The position numbers were made by a program, and so were the translations under genes. A stretch of DNA of 64,000 nucleotides, taken from assembly GCA_010909165.1 (NCBI GenBank), contig VJWM01000063.1, positions 992,001 through 1,056,000 of the forward strand, given 5' to 3'. A model generated the notes under the pieces. It was not told where the DNA came from and ran no database searches. It was given only the letters and a program-made list of their open reading frames with translations. Source of the stretch: Anthoceros angustus (Eukaryota > Plantae > Anthocerotophyta). Numbering within the stretch: position 1 is the stretch's first letter; the number at the start of each line of letters is the position of its first letter. Positions 1 to 12,998 of the stretch are shown here, one piece after another.

Positions 1-1923
1 TTAGGCCTCTAAGGGTGGGTTCACACCGACCCTCATGTCAAGAGCCGTACTAGGACTTGGTCTAAACCATGTCATGGTGGCCATTCTGATCCTCGCCGCT
101 TCACACGGACTTGGCCTAAACCATGTCATGGTGGCCATTTGCGATCCCCGGTTTCACAGAAGGCGGTGTGGGCCACCTTACTTTCACTTATTGATAAATA
201 AAGTGAAATGTCTTAGGCAAGAGAAGGTGAAAAGGACCCCTTCCTTCGCACCAACACATTCATACCATCTTCTAGAGTCATTATATTTTTGTCTTCCACC
301 CGCTCTTGTGCGGCCTTCTCTAGTTTGAGTTTATTTTAGGTTGTTAGATTTTCTATTTAAATACATTTTATCATGTTATCCAAGATGGATCCACATACTA
401 GGCATTTATGGATGTGTTTATTATTGGGCTTATGTTATATATTACTTTGGAGCTTTGGAGTACACATCATCCATGTGAATGGATTTGTTTTCGCACATCC
501 ATTATGATCGAGTCCGTGTACTTTCTTGAGTGATCTCCATAATGCTTCATTAGAGATTTAGCATTCGGATCCAAGACGCATTAATTCAAGATGGATGCAG
601 CGGACGCATGAAGATGCCCGAACACATTCGTCCACTCGAGCAGTCAGGCAATCCAGCTCTATCTCCTCATAATCCTATGCCATGCCTCCATCAATTCGGT
701 AGGCCACACAACTCATACCTTCAAACCGCTAGATCGATGGGGCGTGGAACCCTAAAGTGTGTGGGAGCAAGGAGGCATGGAGCCGGCACCAGAGCATGGT
801 AACTCGGCGAAAGAAGAAAAGTGCGGTTCGTAAGGTCTGCAAATTTGAATTGCATAACGCATTGCATGCCCTAGTGTTGTGCACAATGCAATGATGCGCC
901 ACTAATCTCTACTCAATGTGAAGACATCTCACATCTAGATCTCACTCAACCATGGGCTGTCCGGTGGCTTGAAGGTGCTTGCCACCGCTAGGATGCCGAT
1001 TCTCTATTTCATTAACCTACAAGAGTGTTTTCTAACTCTTCATAAAGTAATACCTTCTTGGACAGGCGCCCATTAAGCCTATTTTAATTTGTTTATTATG
1101 AAAGTGATTTTACTCCTTCATATCGGGATGGTCATATTTGTAAAAGTAGCTTATATTTATAATGTATATCTACTATGATTTAGACTTTCTTGTGATGCCA
1201 AAATTTATATATCGTAAAATAATGTTTCCATCAATAGCTCCTAGGTTGATATATGTAATTTTGGCCATGAAACCACGAAATTATGGATTTAGAGGGTTTT
1301 CATTTAGATCCAAGACGCGTTTTACACCCTTCAAAGTAGTGACTAGGAGCCATCACTATTCCTAAGGAGACCTTGTTCGATGAGAAGGGAAAAGGCGTGG
1401 GCACCAACCGCTTTCTTTGCATTACCTTCTCACTCGACATATGCTTGCAAGCCTATAATCAAGGTGAGGCCCATACCACGTTGACCGCTAATTACAGATA
1501 TTGCTCTCTCAAGATGGGAAATGCTAATCCACAAGAGGGATGCGATTGCTTAACATGGAATTGTAATAGGAAGCTGCCAAGAAGGAGAGAGGATAATACT
1601 ACTTAAGGAGTCATCAGGGCTAGTAAGGTCACTTGCTCCCACTATTATGTCTATTTTTGTCACATTAATCATAATTTGAATTAATATACAAAATAAACAA
1701 ATCATATTGTCTATATATGTGATATGGCCACATGTAAATTAATTCGATGCATTGAGTCTCTCCATATCCTATTGTCTATATATGTGATGTTGCCTAGGTG
1801 TAAATTTATTCAAATCGAGTCTCTCGTGAAACTAGTTTGCCAATGAAACTAGTCCCCTTTGTGCCTTTTTCTCTCTTTCGCGTGATCCTCTCATTTTTCG
1901 ACAAGTCGTGATATCACCAACCA

Positions 1924-3466
1924 ATGCAAAGAGGTGTGGCTTCAGAGGCGAGGCGAATGGCGTGTGTAGTTAATGGCGATGGGAGCAACTCTCACGCTAC
2001 CAATGCCGGGTTTGTAGTTAATAGCATGGCTTCTGAACTTGAAGTCATTGCAGGCATCAATCCTCTAAGCTGTAAGGAGGATGAAGGATGGCAGGAAGTA
2101 GTACGTAGGGGGCGATTTGCCCATGGAAATCGGAGAAGAAATGGAGCCCAAGGCTTAGTAAATGGTAACGTGGTGCCAACTCAAAGTGCGAGCAATGCTC
2201 CAAGGAATCGAAACATGGGCGATTGGAGGCATCAATTTTTGGGGTAGCAAGTGGTAATGGGGCAACAAATGGTAATGCCTCTTATGATGGCAAGAGGAGA
2301 GTGAAGCCTTTCAGCACACAGGTCGAAGCTTGAGGCCCACGAAGCGTCACACTCAAAAGTACTTACGCCTGTGGTGAGTCTCCTTTGGATGAGCCCAAGG
2401 CCAAGGGTGCTACCGTGGTGAAGACGGTGTCGAAAATTGTGTCCCTTCAAGAAACCCGAATGATCTTGAACTCCGCGGCCACTTAGAGTGGAACTTCATA
2501 TAAGGATGCAGACTTGCACTTCACGTTCAAGTGAGGCCTCCGCATCGGTAGTAAGCTAAAGGACACGAGATGGAGCCTCTTCCACATCAACAGTGAAAGT
2601 GCTAATGTGGTGAAGAATGTAAGTCGATGAGGCGGACGTCATGACAAAGTGAACGCAGAGAAAAAATGTCATTGTTCATGGGAAGAGGTGGGCCGATGTG
2701 GGCGACAAACCTCCCGTGTTAGGGGAGAGAATTATGAATGGAATCTCCAACAAGGTTGTTCAAAGCTAGTGAAAATGGTCACAAGACAAAGCAAAGTAAT
2801 GGAGTGGACCGGCATAGCCACAAACATAATGGAGTGTTCAAGGGTTTGCGAAAATGAAGGGTGGATCCAAGGCACGTGAAGAGAAGAAGCAAATGCCCAA
2901 AGTGGGCGGATCTCCGCCAAGGTCTATGATAATGGTCAAGCACCGGGCTTGCAAGCAGTCATAGTGACGATGTGTATCGGGCAATTGAGACAGCTTCTAT
3001 GGTGAAGGGAGTTGTCCAAAATGGTGGCGATGGCCTCATAGTGGATAGTAATGGTCATCATGTCATTGAGGCGAGCATGAGCCATGCATCTACCCCAAGC
3101 GAGGCTGCGACAAGCAGCAGGTGAGTGGAATATCACGTTTGGTACTATAGTGAATGTGACATAAAGGCATTAGTTGAGAATACAAGTTCGGGAGATGGTG
3201 AAAGGAGTTATAGCCCTAAAGCCATCGGTGAAAGTAAGGAACATGTTAAACCTTCCGCAGATTGGTTCAAATAGTATAAACGATGATGAGGGGCAATTTC
3301 TTGCAAAGGCAATTCCGAGATAGTGGGGCAGCCACATTTCAATTTGTGAGAAGGAGGAGACATATATACCTCGAGAGATATCTTGGTGCGATCAAGCTGG
3401 AGGAAGTGAAAATAGTCAACCTAAGATCGCACCTAACCGTCATGCGACAATAAAACTTTATGCTTG
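1924..3466 (+). pseudogene. REC/TSS last-exon-derived frame, unit 1a (3'-truncated by the internal duplication; frameshifted as assembled)
   Basis: Translates to [46 protein letters not shown], matching [49 protein letters not shown] at ~33.8-34.0 kb (opposite strand). Confidence 0.88.
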
Positions 3467-3938
3467 CAAGCCTATAATCAAGGTGAGGCCCATACCATAC
3501 TACACCGCTAAGATATTGCTCTCTCAAGATGGGAAATGCTAATCCACAAGAGGGATGCATTGCTTAACATGGAATTGTAATAGGAAGCTGCCAAGAAGGA
3601 GAGAGGATAATACTACTTAAGGAGCTGTCGAGGGCTAGTAAGGTCACTTGCTCCCACTATTATGTCTATTTTTGTCACATTAATCATAATTTGAATTAAT
3701 ATACAAAATAAACAAATCATATTGTCTATATATGTGATATGGCCACATGTAAATTAATTGCATTGAGTCTCCATATCCTATTGTCTATATATGTGATGTT
3801 GCCTAGGTGTAAATTTATTCAGAATCGAGTCTCTCGTGAAACTAGTTTGCCAATGAAACTAGTCCCCTTCGCTGTGCCTTTTTCTCTCTTTCGCGTGTTC
3901 CTCTCATTTTTTGGCAAGTCGTGATATCAGCCCAACCA

Positions 3939-5752
3939 ATGCAAAGCGGTGTGGCTTCTGCAGGCGAGGCGAATGGCGTGTATGTAGTTAATGGCGATGG
4001 GAGCAACTCACCCGCTACCAATGCCGGGTTTGTAGTTAATAGCATGGCTTCGAACTTGAAGCCGTTGCGAGCATCAATCCTCTGTCGTAAGGAGGATGAA
4101 GGATGGCGGGAAGTAGTACGTAGGGGGCGATTTGCCCATGGAAATCGGAGAAGAAATGGAGCCCAAGGCTTAGTAAATGGTAACGGGTGCCAACTCAAAA
4201 GTGCGAGCAATGCTCCAAGGAATCGAAACATGGGCGATTGAGGCCAATTTTTGGGGTAGCAAGTGGTAATGGGGCAACAAATGGTAATGCCTCTTATGAT
4301 GGCAAGAGGAGAGTGAAGCCTTTCAGCACTGGTCGAGCTTGAGGCCTCGAGAAGCTGACACACTCAAAAGTACTTCGCCGTGGTGAGTCTCCTTTGGATG
4401 AGCCCAAGGCCAAGGGTGCTACCGTGGTGAAGACGGTGTCGAAAATTGTGTCCCTTCAAGAAACCTCGAATGATGTCGAACCGCCCACCGCCACTTAGAG
4501 TCGGAACTTCATATAAGGATGCAGACTTGCACTTCACGTTCAAGTGAGGCCTCCGCATCGGTAGTAAGCTAAAGGACACGAGATAGCGAGCCTCTTCCAC
4601 ATCAACAGTGAAAGTGCTAATGTGGTGAAGAATGTAAGTCGGGATGAGGCGGACGTCATGACAAAGTGAACGCAGAGAAAAAATGTCATTGTTCATGGGA
4701 AGAGGTGGGCGACAAACCTCCCGTGTTAGGGGAGAGAATTATGAAAACAAGGTTGTTCAAAGCTAGTGAAAATGGTCACAAGACAAAGCAAAGTAATGGA
4801 GTGGACCGGCATAGCCACAAACATAATGGAGTGTTCAAGGGTTTGCGAAAATGAAGGGTGGATCCAAGGCACGTGAAGAGAAGAAGCAAATGCCCAAAGT
4901 GGGCGGATCTCCGCCAAGGTCTATGATAATGGTCAAGCACCGGGCTTGCAAGCAGTCATAGTGACGATGTGTATCGGGCAATTGAGACAGCTTCTATGGT
5001 GAAGGGAGTTGTCCAAAATGGTGGCGATGGCCTCATAGTGGATAGTAATGGTCATCATGTCATTGAGGCGAGCATGAGCCATGCATCTACCCCAAGCACC
5101 GAGGTGCGACAAGCAGTGGTGAGTGGAATATCACGTTTGGTACTATAGTGAATGTGACATAAAGGCATTAGTTGAGAATACAAGTTCGGGAGATGGTGAA
5201 AGGAGTTATAGCCCTAAAGCCATCGGTGAAAGTAAGGAACATGTTAAACCTTCCAGAGATTGGTTCAAATAGTATAAACGATGATGAGGGGCAATTTCTT
5301 GCAAAGGCAATTCCAGAGATAGTGGGGCAGCCACATTTCAGATTTGTGAGAAGGAGGAGACATATATACCTCGAGAGATATCTTGGTGCGATCAAGCTGG
5401 AGGAAGCGAAAATAGTCAACCTAAGATCGCACCTAACCGTCATGCGACAATAAAACTTTATGCTTGGCTCTACCTTTCACTCCTCCATCGTGACTCCTAT
5501 TCTAAGACGGCTTTCCAACGCCATGTGACAGCAGTTACTCCCAGTGCAAGGTGGCCTTGCTCCTCCCAACTGCCACCTCGCCTCGATCGCGCAGCTTGAC
5601 CCCTCTTTTCTCAAGTGTTCAGCTAGTGGTGGTGTCGACAAGGCAAGGGTCTTGGGCGGAAGAGGGTGATCATGAACCCTAACGCCATGGAATACATCCC
5701 AAGGTCAAAGAGGCCCTTGTTGTCCCTTTAAGGATGCTGGAATTGGTGAGGC
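3939..5752 (+). pseudogene. REC/TSS last-exon-derived frame, unit 1b, ending in the [13 protein letters not shown]2 motif
   Basis: Collinear by-eye match to REC 34.2->30.66 kb; atgaaccctaacgccatggaatacatccca at 5672. Confidence 0.9.
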
Positions 5753-5840
5753 GAGCATGGCGAAGGTGTTGGAGCGAGAATGATGGCAAAGATCTCCGAG
5801 GGAATTCCACATCGCATAAAGATCCATTCGCCATGTTTAA

Positions 5841-5998
5841 TGATTATTAGAGAGTGCAATGTTGTGATTATTAGAAAGTTTGCGCAATGTTTGATGATCA
5901 TTAGAAAGTTTGTGCAATGTTTGATGATCATTAGAAAGTTTGTGCAATGTTTGGCGATTATTAGAAAGTGCAATGTTTGATGATTATTAGAAAGTGCA
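5841..5998. repeat. 25-30-bp minisatellite (tgatcattagaaagtttgtgcaatgtttga), unit 1
   Basis: About 6 tandem copies directly visible. Confidence 0.9.
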
Positions 5999-6942
5999 GC
6001 GTTGCATTGTGGTCTCCAAGCTAGCAAACATCTTCTCGACGCGATTAAAAGATAAAAACACCCACCAAACACAACACGAGGCTCCCAGGTAGCACAATAA
6101 TAACACTCACCAAACACAATACGAGATCCCAAGTAGCACAATATTAGCCCCCAAGTAGTTCGTCGTTTCTTCTTTTTCTTTTAAGAAATGACCCGGATTT
6201 TATCTCGAAATCCTAAATACCTAAAACTTCTCATGACTTGACAACGGCCCTGCGATTTATCCCGTCTCCGAAATACATACTCAAAAGGCCCCATCTACCT
6301 ATACATCGATACCGCAGAAGTGAAGGCCTAACCCACGTATGGTACGATGCAGTGTAAACTTTCAACGCCTAACCATTGCACCTTTTTGTGCTAGAGACGT
6401 GCTATGGTTTGGGTTTTGTATGGCAAAAATCATGTGCGTGTTGAGCAAAAATCTTGGGTACAAAAAGGTATCCAACTCAATGGAACGAAGAGACTGCTGA
6501 TGATATACCATGTGATACTAAGTGCTCCAATTGGGAACCATGCCAAGACTTGTGACATTAGTTCCTACCCATCTTGGAACCATGCCAGCCATGTTACAAT
6601 TTAAGGGCATAATTAGTAATTATGACCAAGTGCATAACAAGGCCTAATTGTTTTAGTAGTGTGAAAGAAACATCAAGGGTAAAAGCGTTACTTTCTTCCA
6701 TGTTGTGATGAACCTACACCAAAACGCTTAAGCGTGTTTGGGTATCTACTTGTTTTAAAATATTTACAAGGATATTTATTTACTATTTATCCTATTTTCC
6801 AATTATAAACAATAGAGCAAGGTGCTCCAAGCCAAATGCAATTTTTCTCATCTCAATGCAATAATAGATGAAAACAATGAGCTATTAGAAACACCCTAGT
6901 TTTGTTTTCCAACAAATGCCTTCCATGCATGTTTTAGTGAAT

Positions 6943-7588
6943 TCATTCTAAACCTAAACTCACATAGCAACACACCACCATATGCGGATTGAGCTTCCAC
7001 AAAATATGCCACTACTCGGTAGCGGTTGATAACAAAAAAGGAACATGGAGGGATCTCAATATCAAGGTATGGTGTACCGTTCTCATGTGGTTTTTATGGT
7101 GGTTCACGTGAAATGTTTTCCGCGACATACGACGGAAAGCTTGTATGTCACACACTTGGTGACATCGGCCACGCAGCCATCCCCGCGTGTATTGTTGTAG
7201 GTGTGTGATACGCACATCTTTATGCATAGAAGATGCCAAGGATTGATGCGTACAATACGAGGAAAATAATGTTGACACACAACTCACGCCATGATGAGAT
7301 TGATGCATACCGAGGTGCTTCACAACATCGGAACGGGTTTACAATTGACCCAATAACCATACACACATCGAACTAGAGGCCTCCTATGTCATCGCGCTGT
7401 TGGGAGGCCACACATTGTGGTCCCATGGGCCATAACAGCCACAACTGCGGTTAGGCCTCTAAGGGTGGGTTCACACGGACCCTCATGTCAAGAGCCGTAC
7501 TAGGACTTGGTCTAAACCATGTCATGGTGGCCATTCTGATCCTCGCCGCTTCACACGGACTTGGCCTAAACCATGTCATGGTGGCCAT
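6943..7588 (-). pseudogene. AP2-like ORF homologue, array copy 1 (frameshifted as assembled)
   Basis: Minus-strand fragments align to the 59478-60413 ORF; the stop region is ~75% identical to 60430-60515. Confidence 0.6.
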
Positions 7589-9364
7589 TTGCCTCGGTTT
7601 CACACCGACGGTGTGGGCCACCTTACTTTCACTTATTGATAAATAAAGTGAAATGTCTTAGGCAAGAGGAGGTGAAAAGGACCCTTCCTTCGCACCAACA
7701 CATTCATACCATCTTCTAGAGTCATTATATTTTGTCTTCCACCCGCTCTTGTCGGCCTTCTCTAGTTTGAGTTTATTTTAGGTTGTTAGATTTTCTATTT
7801 AAATACATTTTATCATGTTATCCAAGATGGATCCACATACTAGGCATTTATGGATGTGTTTTATTATTGGGCTTATGTTATATATTACTTTGGAGCTTTG
7901 GAGTACACATCATCCATGTGAATGGATTTGTTTTACATCCATTATGATCGCCGAGTCCGTGTACTTTGAGTGATCTCCATAATGCTTCATTAGAGATTTA
8001 GCATTCGGATCCAAGACGCATTCAATTCAAGATGGATGCGGTGGCGCATGAAGATGCCCGAACACATTCGTCCACTCGAGCAACAGGTAGGCAATCCAGC
8101 TCTATCTCCTCATAATCCTATGCCATGCCTCCATCTTCGGTAGGCCACACAACTCATACCTTCAAACCGCTAGATCTGATGGGGCGTGGAACCCTAAAGT
8201 GTGTGGGAGCAAGGAGGCATGGAGCCGGCACCAAAAGTAGCATGGTAACTCGAGCGAAAGAAGAAAAGTGCAGTTCGTAAGGTCTGCAAATTTGAATTGC
8301 AGACAACGCATTGCGCATGCCCTAGTGTTGTGCACAATGCAATGATGCGGCCACTAATCTCTACTCAATGTGAAGACATCTCACATCTAGATCTCACTCA
8401 ACCATGGGCTGTCCGGTGGCTTGAAGGTGCTTGCCACCGCTAGGATGCCGATTCTCTATTTCATTAACCTACAAGAGTGTTTTCTAACTCTTCATAAAGT
8501 AATACCTTCTTGGACACGAGCCATTAAGCCTATTTTAATTTGTTTATTATGAAAGTGATTTTACTCCTTCATATCGGATGGTCATATTTGTAAAAGTAGC
8601 TTATATTTATAATGTATATCTACTATGATTTAGACTTTCTTGAGATGCCAAAATTTATATATGCGTAAAATAATGTTTCCATCAATAGCTCCTAGGTTGA
8701 TATATGTAATTTTGGCCATGAAACCACGAAATTATGGATTTAGAGGGTTTTCATTTAGATCCAAGACGCGTTTTACACCCTTCAAAGTAGTGACTAGGAG
8801 CCATCACTATTCCTAAGGAGACCTTGTTCGATGAGAAGGGAAAAGGAAGCTGGGCACCAACCGTTTCATTACCTTCTCACTCGACATATGCTTGCAAGCC
8901 TATAATCAAGGTGAGGCCCATACCATTGACACTGCTAATTACAAGATATTGCTCTCTCAAGATGGGAAATGCTAATCCACAAGAGGGATGCGATTGCTTA
9001 ACATGGAATTGCTGTAATAGGAAGCGCCAAGAAGGAGAGAGGATAATACTACTTAAGGAGCTGTCCGAGGGCTAGTAAGGTCACTTGCTCCCACTATTAT
9101 GTCTATTTTTGTCACATTAATCATAATTTGAATTAATATACAAAATAAACAAATCATATTGTCTATATATGTGATATGGCCACATGTAAATTAATTGATT
9201 GCATTGAGTCTCCATATCCTATTGTCTATATATGTGATGTTGCCTAGGTGTAAATTTATTCGATCGAGTCTCGTGAAACTAGTTTGCCAATGAAACTAGT
9301 CCCCTTTGTGCCTTTTTCTCTCTTTCGTGATCCTCTCATTTTCGACAAGTCGTGATATCAACCA

Positions 9365-11167
9365 ATGCAAAGAGGTGTGGCTTCAGAGGCGAGGCGAATG
9401 GCGTGTGTAGTTAATGGCGATGGGAGCAACTCTACCGCTACCAATGCCGGGTTTGTAGTTAATAGCATGGCTTCGAACTTGAAGCCGTTGCGGCATCAAT
9501 CCTCTGTCGAGGAGGATGAAGGATGGCGGGAAGTAGTACGAGGGGCGATTTGCCCATGGAAATCGGAGAAGAAATGGAGCCCAAGGCTTAGTAATGGTAA
9601 TGGGTGCCAACTCAAAGTGCGAGCAATGCTCCAAGGAATCGAGAAACATGGGCGATTGAGGCGGTCAATTTTTGGGGTAGCAAGTGGTAATGGGGCAACA
9701 AATGGTAATGCCTCTTATGATGGCAAGAGGAGAGTGAAGCCCTTTCAACAGCAGACTGGTCGATGGCTTGAGGCCGAGCGTGATCACACTCAAAAGTACT
9801 TACGCACTGTGAGTCTCCTTTGGATGAGCCCAAGGCCAAGGGTGCTACTGTGGTGAAGACGGTGTCTGAAAATTGTGTCCCTTCAAGAAACCCGAATGAT
9901 CTTGAACCCGCCACCGCCAAATGGAACTTCATATAAGGATGCAGACTTGCACTTCACGTTCAAGTGAGGCCTCCGCATCTGGTAGTAAGCTAAAGGACAC
10001 GAGATAGCGAGCCTCTTCCACATCAACATGAAAGTGCTAATGTGGTGAAGAATGTAAGTCGATGAGGCGGGACGTCATGACAAAGTGAACGCAGAGAAAA
10101 AATGTCATTGTTCATGGGAAGAGGTGGGCCGATGTGGGCGACAAACCTCCGTGTTAGGGGAGAGAATTATGAATGGAATCTCCAACAAGGTTGTTCGAGC
10201 TAGTGAAAATGGTCACAAGACAAAGCAAAGTAATGGAGTGGACGGCATAGCCACAAACATAATGGAGTGTTCAAGGGTTTGCGAAAATGAAGGGTGGATC
10301 CAAGGCACGTGAAGAGAAGAAGCAAATGCCCAAAGTGGGCGGATCTCCGCCAAGGTCTATGATAATGGTCAAGCACCGGGCTTGCAAACGGTCATAGTGA
10401 CGATGTGTATCGGGCAATTGAGACTTCTATGGTGAAGGAGTTGTCCAAAATGGTGGCGTGGCCTCATAGTGGATAGTAATGGTCATCATGTCATTGAGGC
10501 GAGCATGAGCCATGCATCTACCCCAAGCTGCGACAAGCAACGATGGTGAGTGGAATATCACGTTTGGTACTATAGCTGAATGTGACATAAAGGCATTAGT
10601 TGAGAATACAAGTTCGGAGATGGTGAAAGGAGTTATAGCCCTAAAGCCATCGGTGAAAGTAAGGAACATGTTAAACCTTCCGCAGATTGGTTCAAATAGT
10701 ATAAACGATGATGAGGGGCAATTTCTTGCAAAGGCAATTCCGAGATAGTGGGGCAGCCACATTTCGAGCATTTGTGAGAAGGAGGAGACATATATACCTC
10801 GGAGAGATATCTTGGTGCGATCAATCATGGAGGAAGCTGAAAATAGTCAACCTAAGATCGCACCTAACCGTCATGCGACAATAAAACTTTATGCTTGGCT
10901 CTACCTTTCACTCCTCCATCTATTAAGACCGGCTTTCCATGTGACAACGGTTACTCCCAGTGCAAGGTGGCCTTGCTCCTCCCAATCAGCCACCTCGGCC
11001 TCGATCGCGCCTTGACCCCTCTTTTCTCAAGTGTTCACTAGTGGTGGTGTCGACAAGGCAAGGGTCTTGGGCGGAAGAGGGTGATCATGAACCCTAACGC
11101 CATGGAATACATCCCAAGGTCAAAGAGGCCCTTGTTGTCCCTTTAAGGATGCTGGAATTGGTGAGGC
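9365..11167 (+). pseudogene. REC/TSS last-exon-derived frame, unit 2
   Basis: ORF fragments [17 protein letters not shown] (REC: [17 protein letters not shown]); PAM2 motif at 11087. Confidence 0.9.
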
Positions 11168-11247
11168 ATAGCTAAGGTGTTGGAGCAGAATGATGGCAAA
11201 GATCTCCGTGGGAATTCCACATCGTACAAAGATCCATTCGCCATGTT

Positions 11248-11398
11248 TGATTATTAGAGAGTGCAATGTTTGATGATTATTAGAAAGTTTGCAATGTTTG
11301 AGATCATTAGAAAGTTTGTGCAATGTTTGATGATCATTAGAAAGTTTGTGCAATGTTTGATTATTAGAAAGTGCAATGTTGTGATTATTAGAAAGTGC
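11248..11398. repeat. 25-30-bp minisatellite, unit 2
   Basis: Same gattattagaaagt(ttgt)gcaatgttt motif. Confidence 0.9.
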
Positions 11399-12351
11399 AG
11401 CGTTGCATTCGTGGTCTCCAAGCTAACAAACATCTTCTCGACGCGATTAAAAGATAAAACACCACCAAGCACAACACGAGGCTCCTGGTAGCACAATAAT
11501 AACACTCACCAAACACAATACGAGATCCCAAGTAGCACAATATTAGCCCCAAGTAGTTCGTCGTTTCTTCTTTCTCTTTAAGAAATGACGCGGATTTTAT
11601 CTCGAAATCCTAAATACCCAAAACTTCTCATGACTTGACAACGGCCCTGCGATTTATCCGTCTTTGAAATACATACTCAAAAGGCCCCATCTACCTATAC
11701 ATCGATACTGCAGTGAAGGCCTAACCCACTGTTTGTATAGTGCAGTAGTTAAGCCAAACTTTCAACTAACCATTGCACCTTTTTGTGCTAGAGACGTGCT
11801 ATGGTTTGGGTTTTGTATGGCAAAAATCATGTGCGTGTTGAGCAAAAATCTTGGGTACAAAAAGGTATCCAACTCAATGGAACGAAGAGACTGCTGCGAT
11901 GATATACCATGTGATACTAAGTGCTCCAATTCGGGAACCATGCCAAGACTTGTGACATTAGTTCCTACCCATCTTGGAACCATGCCGAGCCATGTTACAA
12001 TTTAAGGGGCATAATTAGTAATTATGACCAAGTGCATAACAAGGCCTAATTGTTTTAGTAGTGTGAAAGAAACATCAAGGGTACGTAACGCGTTACTTTC
12101 TTCCATGTTGTGATGAACCTACACCAAAACGCGTTTAAGCGTGTTTGGGTATCTACTTGTTTTAAAATATTTACAAGGATATTTATTTACTATTTATCCT
12201 ATTTTCCAATTATAAACAATAGAGCAAGGTGCTCCAAGCCAAATGCAATTTTTCTCATCTCAATGCAATAATAGATGAAAACAATGAGCTATTAGAAACA
12301 CCCTAGTTTTGTTTTCCAACAAATGACCCTTCCATGCATGTTTTAGTGAAT

Positions 12352-12998
12352 TCATTCTAAACCTAAACTCACATAGCAACACACCACCATATGCGATTGA
12401 GCTTCCACAAAATATGCCACTACTCGGTAGCGGTTGATAACAAAAAAGGAACATGGAGGGATCTCAATATCAAGGTATGGTGTACCGTTCTCATCGGTTT
12501 TATGGTGGTTCACGTAAAATGTTTTCCCGCGACATACGACGGAAAGCTTGTATGTCACACACTTGGTGACATCGGCCACGCAGCCATCCCGCGTGTATTG
12601 TTGTCGAGGTGTGTGATACGCACATCTTTATGCATAGAAGATGCCGAAGGATTGATGCGTGTCTGAGAGGAAAATAATGTTGACACACACAACTCACGCC
12701 ATGATGAGATTGGTACGCCATACCGAGGTGCTTCACAACATCGGAACGGGTTTACAATTGACCCAATAACCATACACACATCGAACTAGAGGCCTCCTAT
12801 GTCTCGCGGCTGTTGGGAGGCCACATTGTGGTCCCATGGGCCATAAGCGACCACAACTGCGGTTAGGCCTCTAAGGGTGGTTCACACCGGACCCTCATGT
12901 CAAGAGCCGTACTAGGACTTGGTCTAAACCATGTCATGGTGGCCATTTACGGTCCTCGCTTCACACGGACTTGGCCTAAACCATGTCATGGTGGCCAT
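12352..12998 (-). pseudogene. AP2-like ORF homologue, array copy 2
   Basis: ORF track 12352..12579 (..TYKLSVVCRGKTFY..YLDIEIPPCSFFVINRYR..VVCCYVSLGLE*) and 12500..12736 (..VCQHYFPLRHASILRHLLCIKM..). Confidence 0.62.

Noticed and set aside
830-990. hAT-transposase-like words (THCAC..VRWLE) on the + strand of the unit
   Set aside because: Spacing and residues do not fit the CxxH...TRW pattern and the frame is short; likely coincidence.
6814-6827. 14-bp exact match (gagcaccttgctct) between the array (reverse complement) and 63537-63550
   Set aside because: About one such match is expected by chance between a 5.4-kb unit and ~35 kb on two strands; the flanks do not align.
7520-7590. DMV*T vs EMVQT match between the array internal repeat and 59895-59915
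   Set aside because: It lies in a different frame from the open MATMTWFRPSP frame and is only ~12 nt, so it was not used as evidence of a shared stop.
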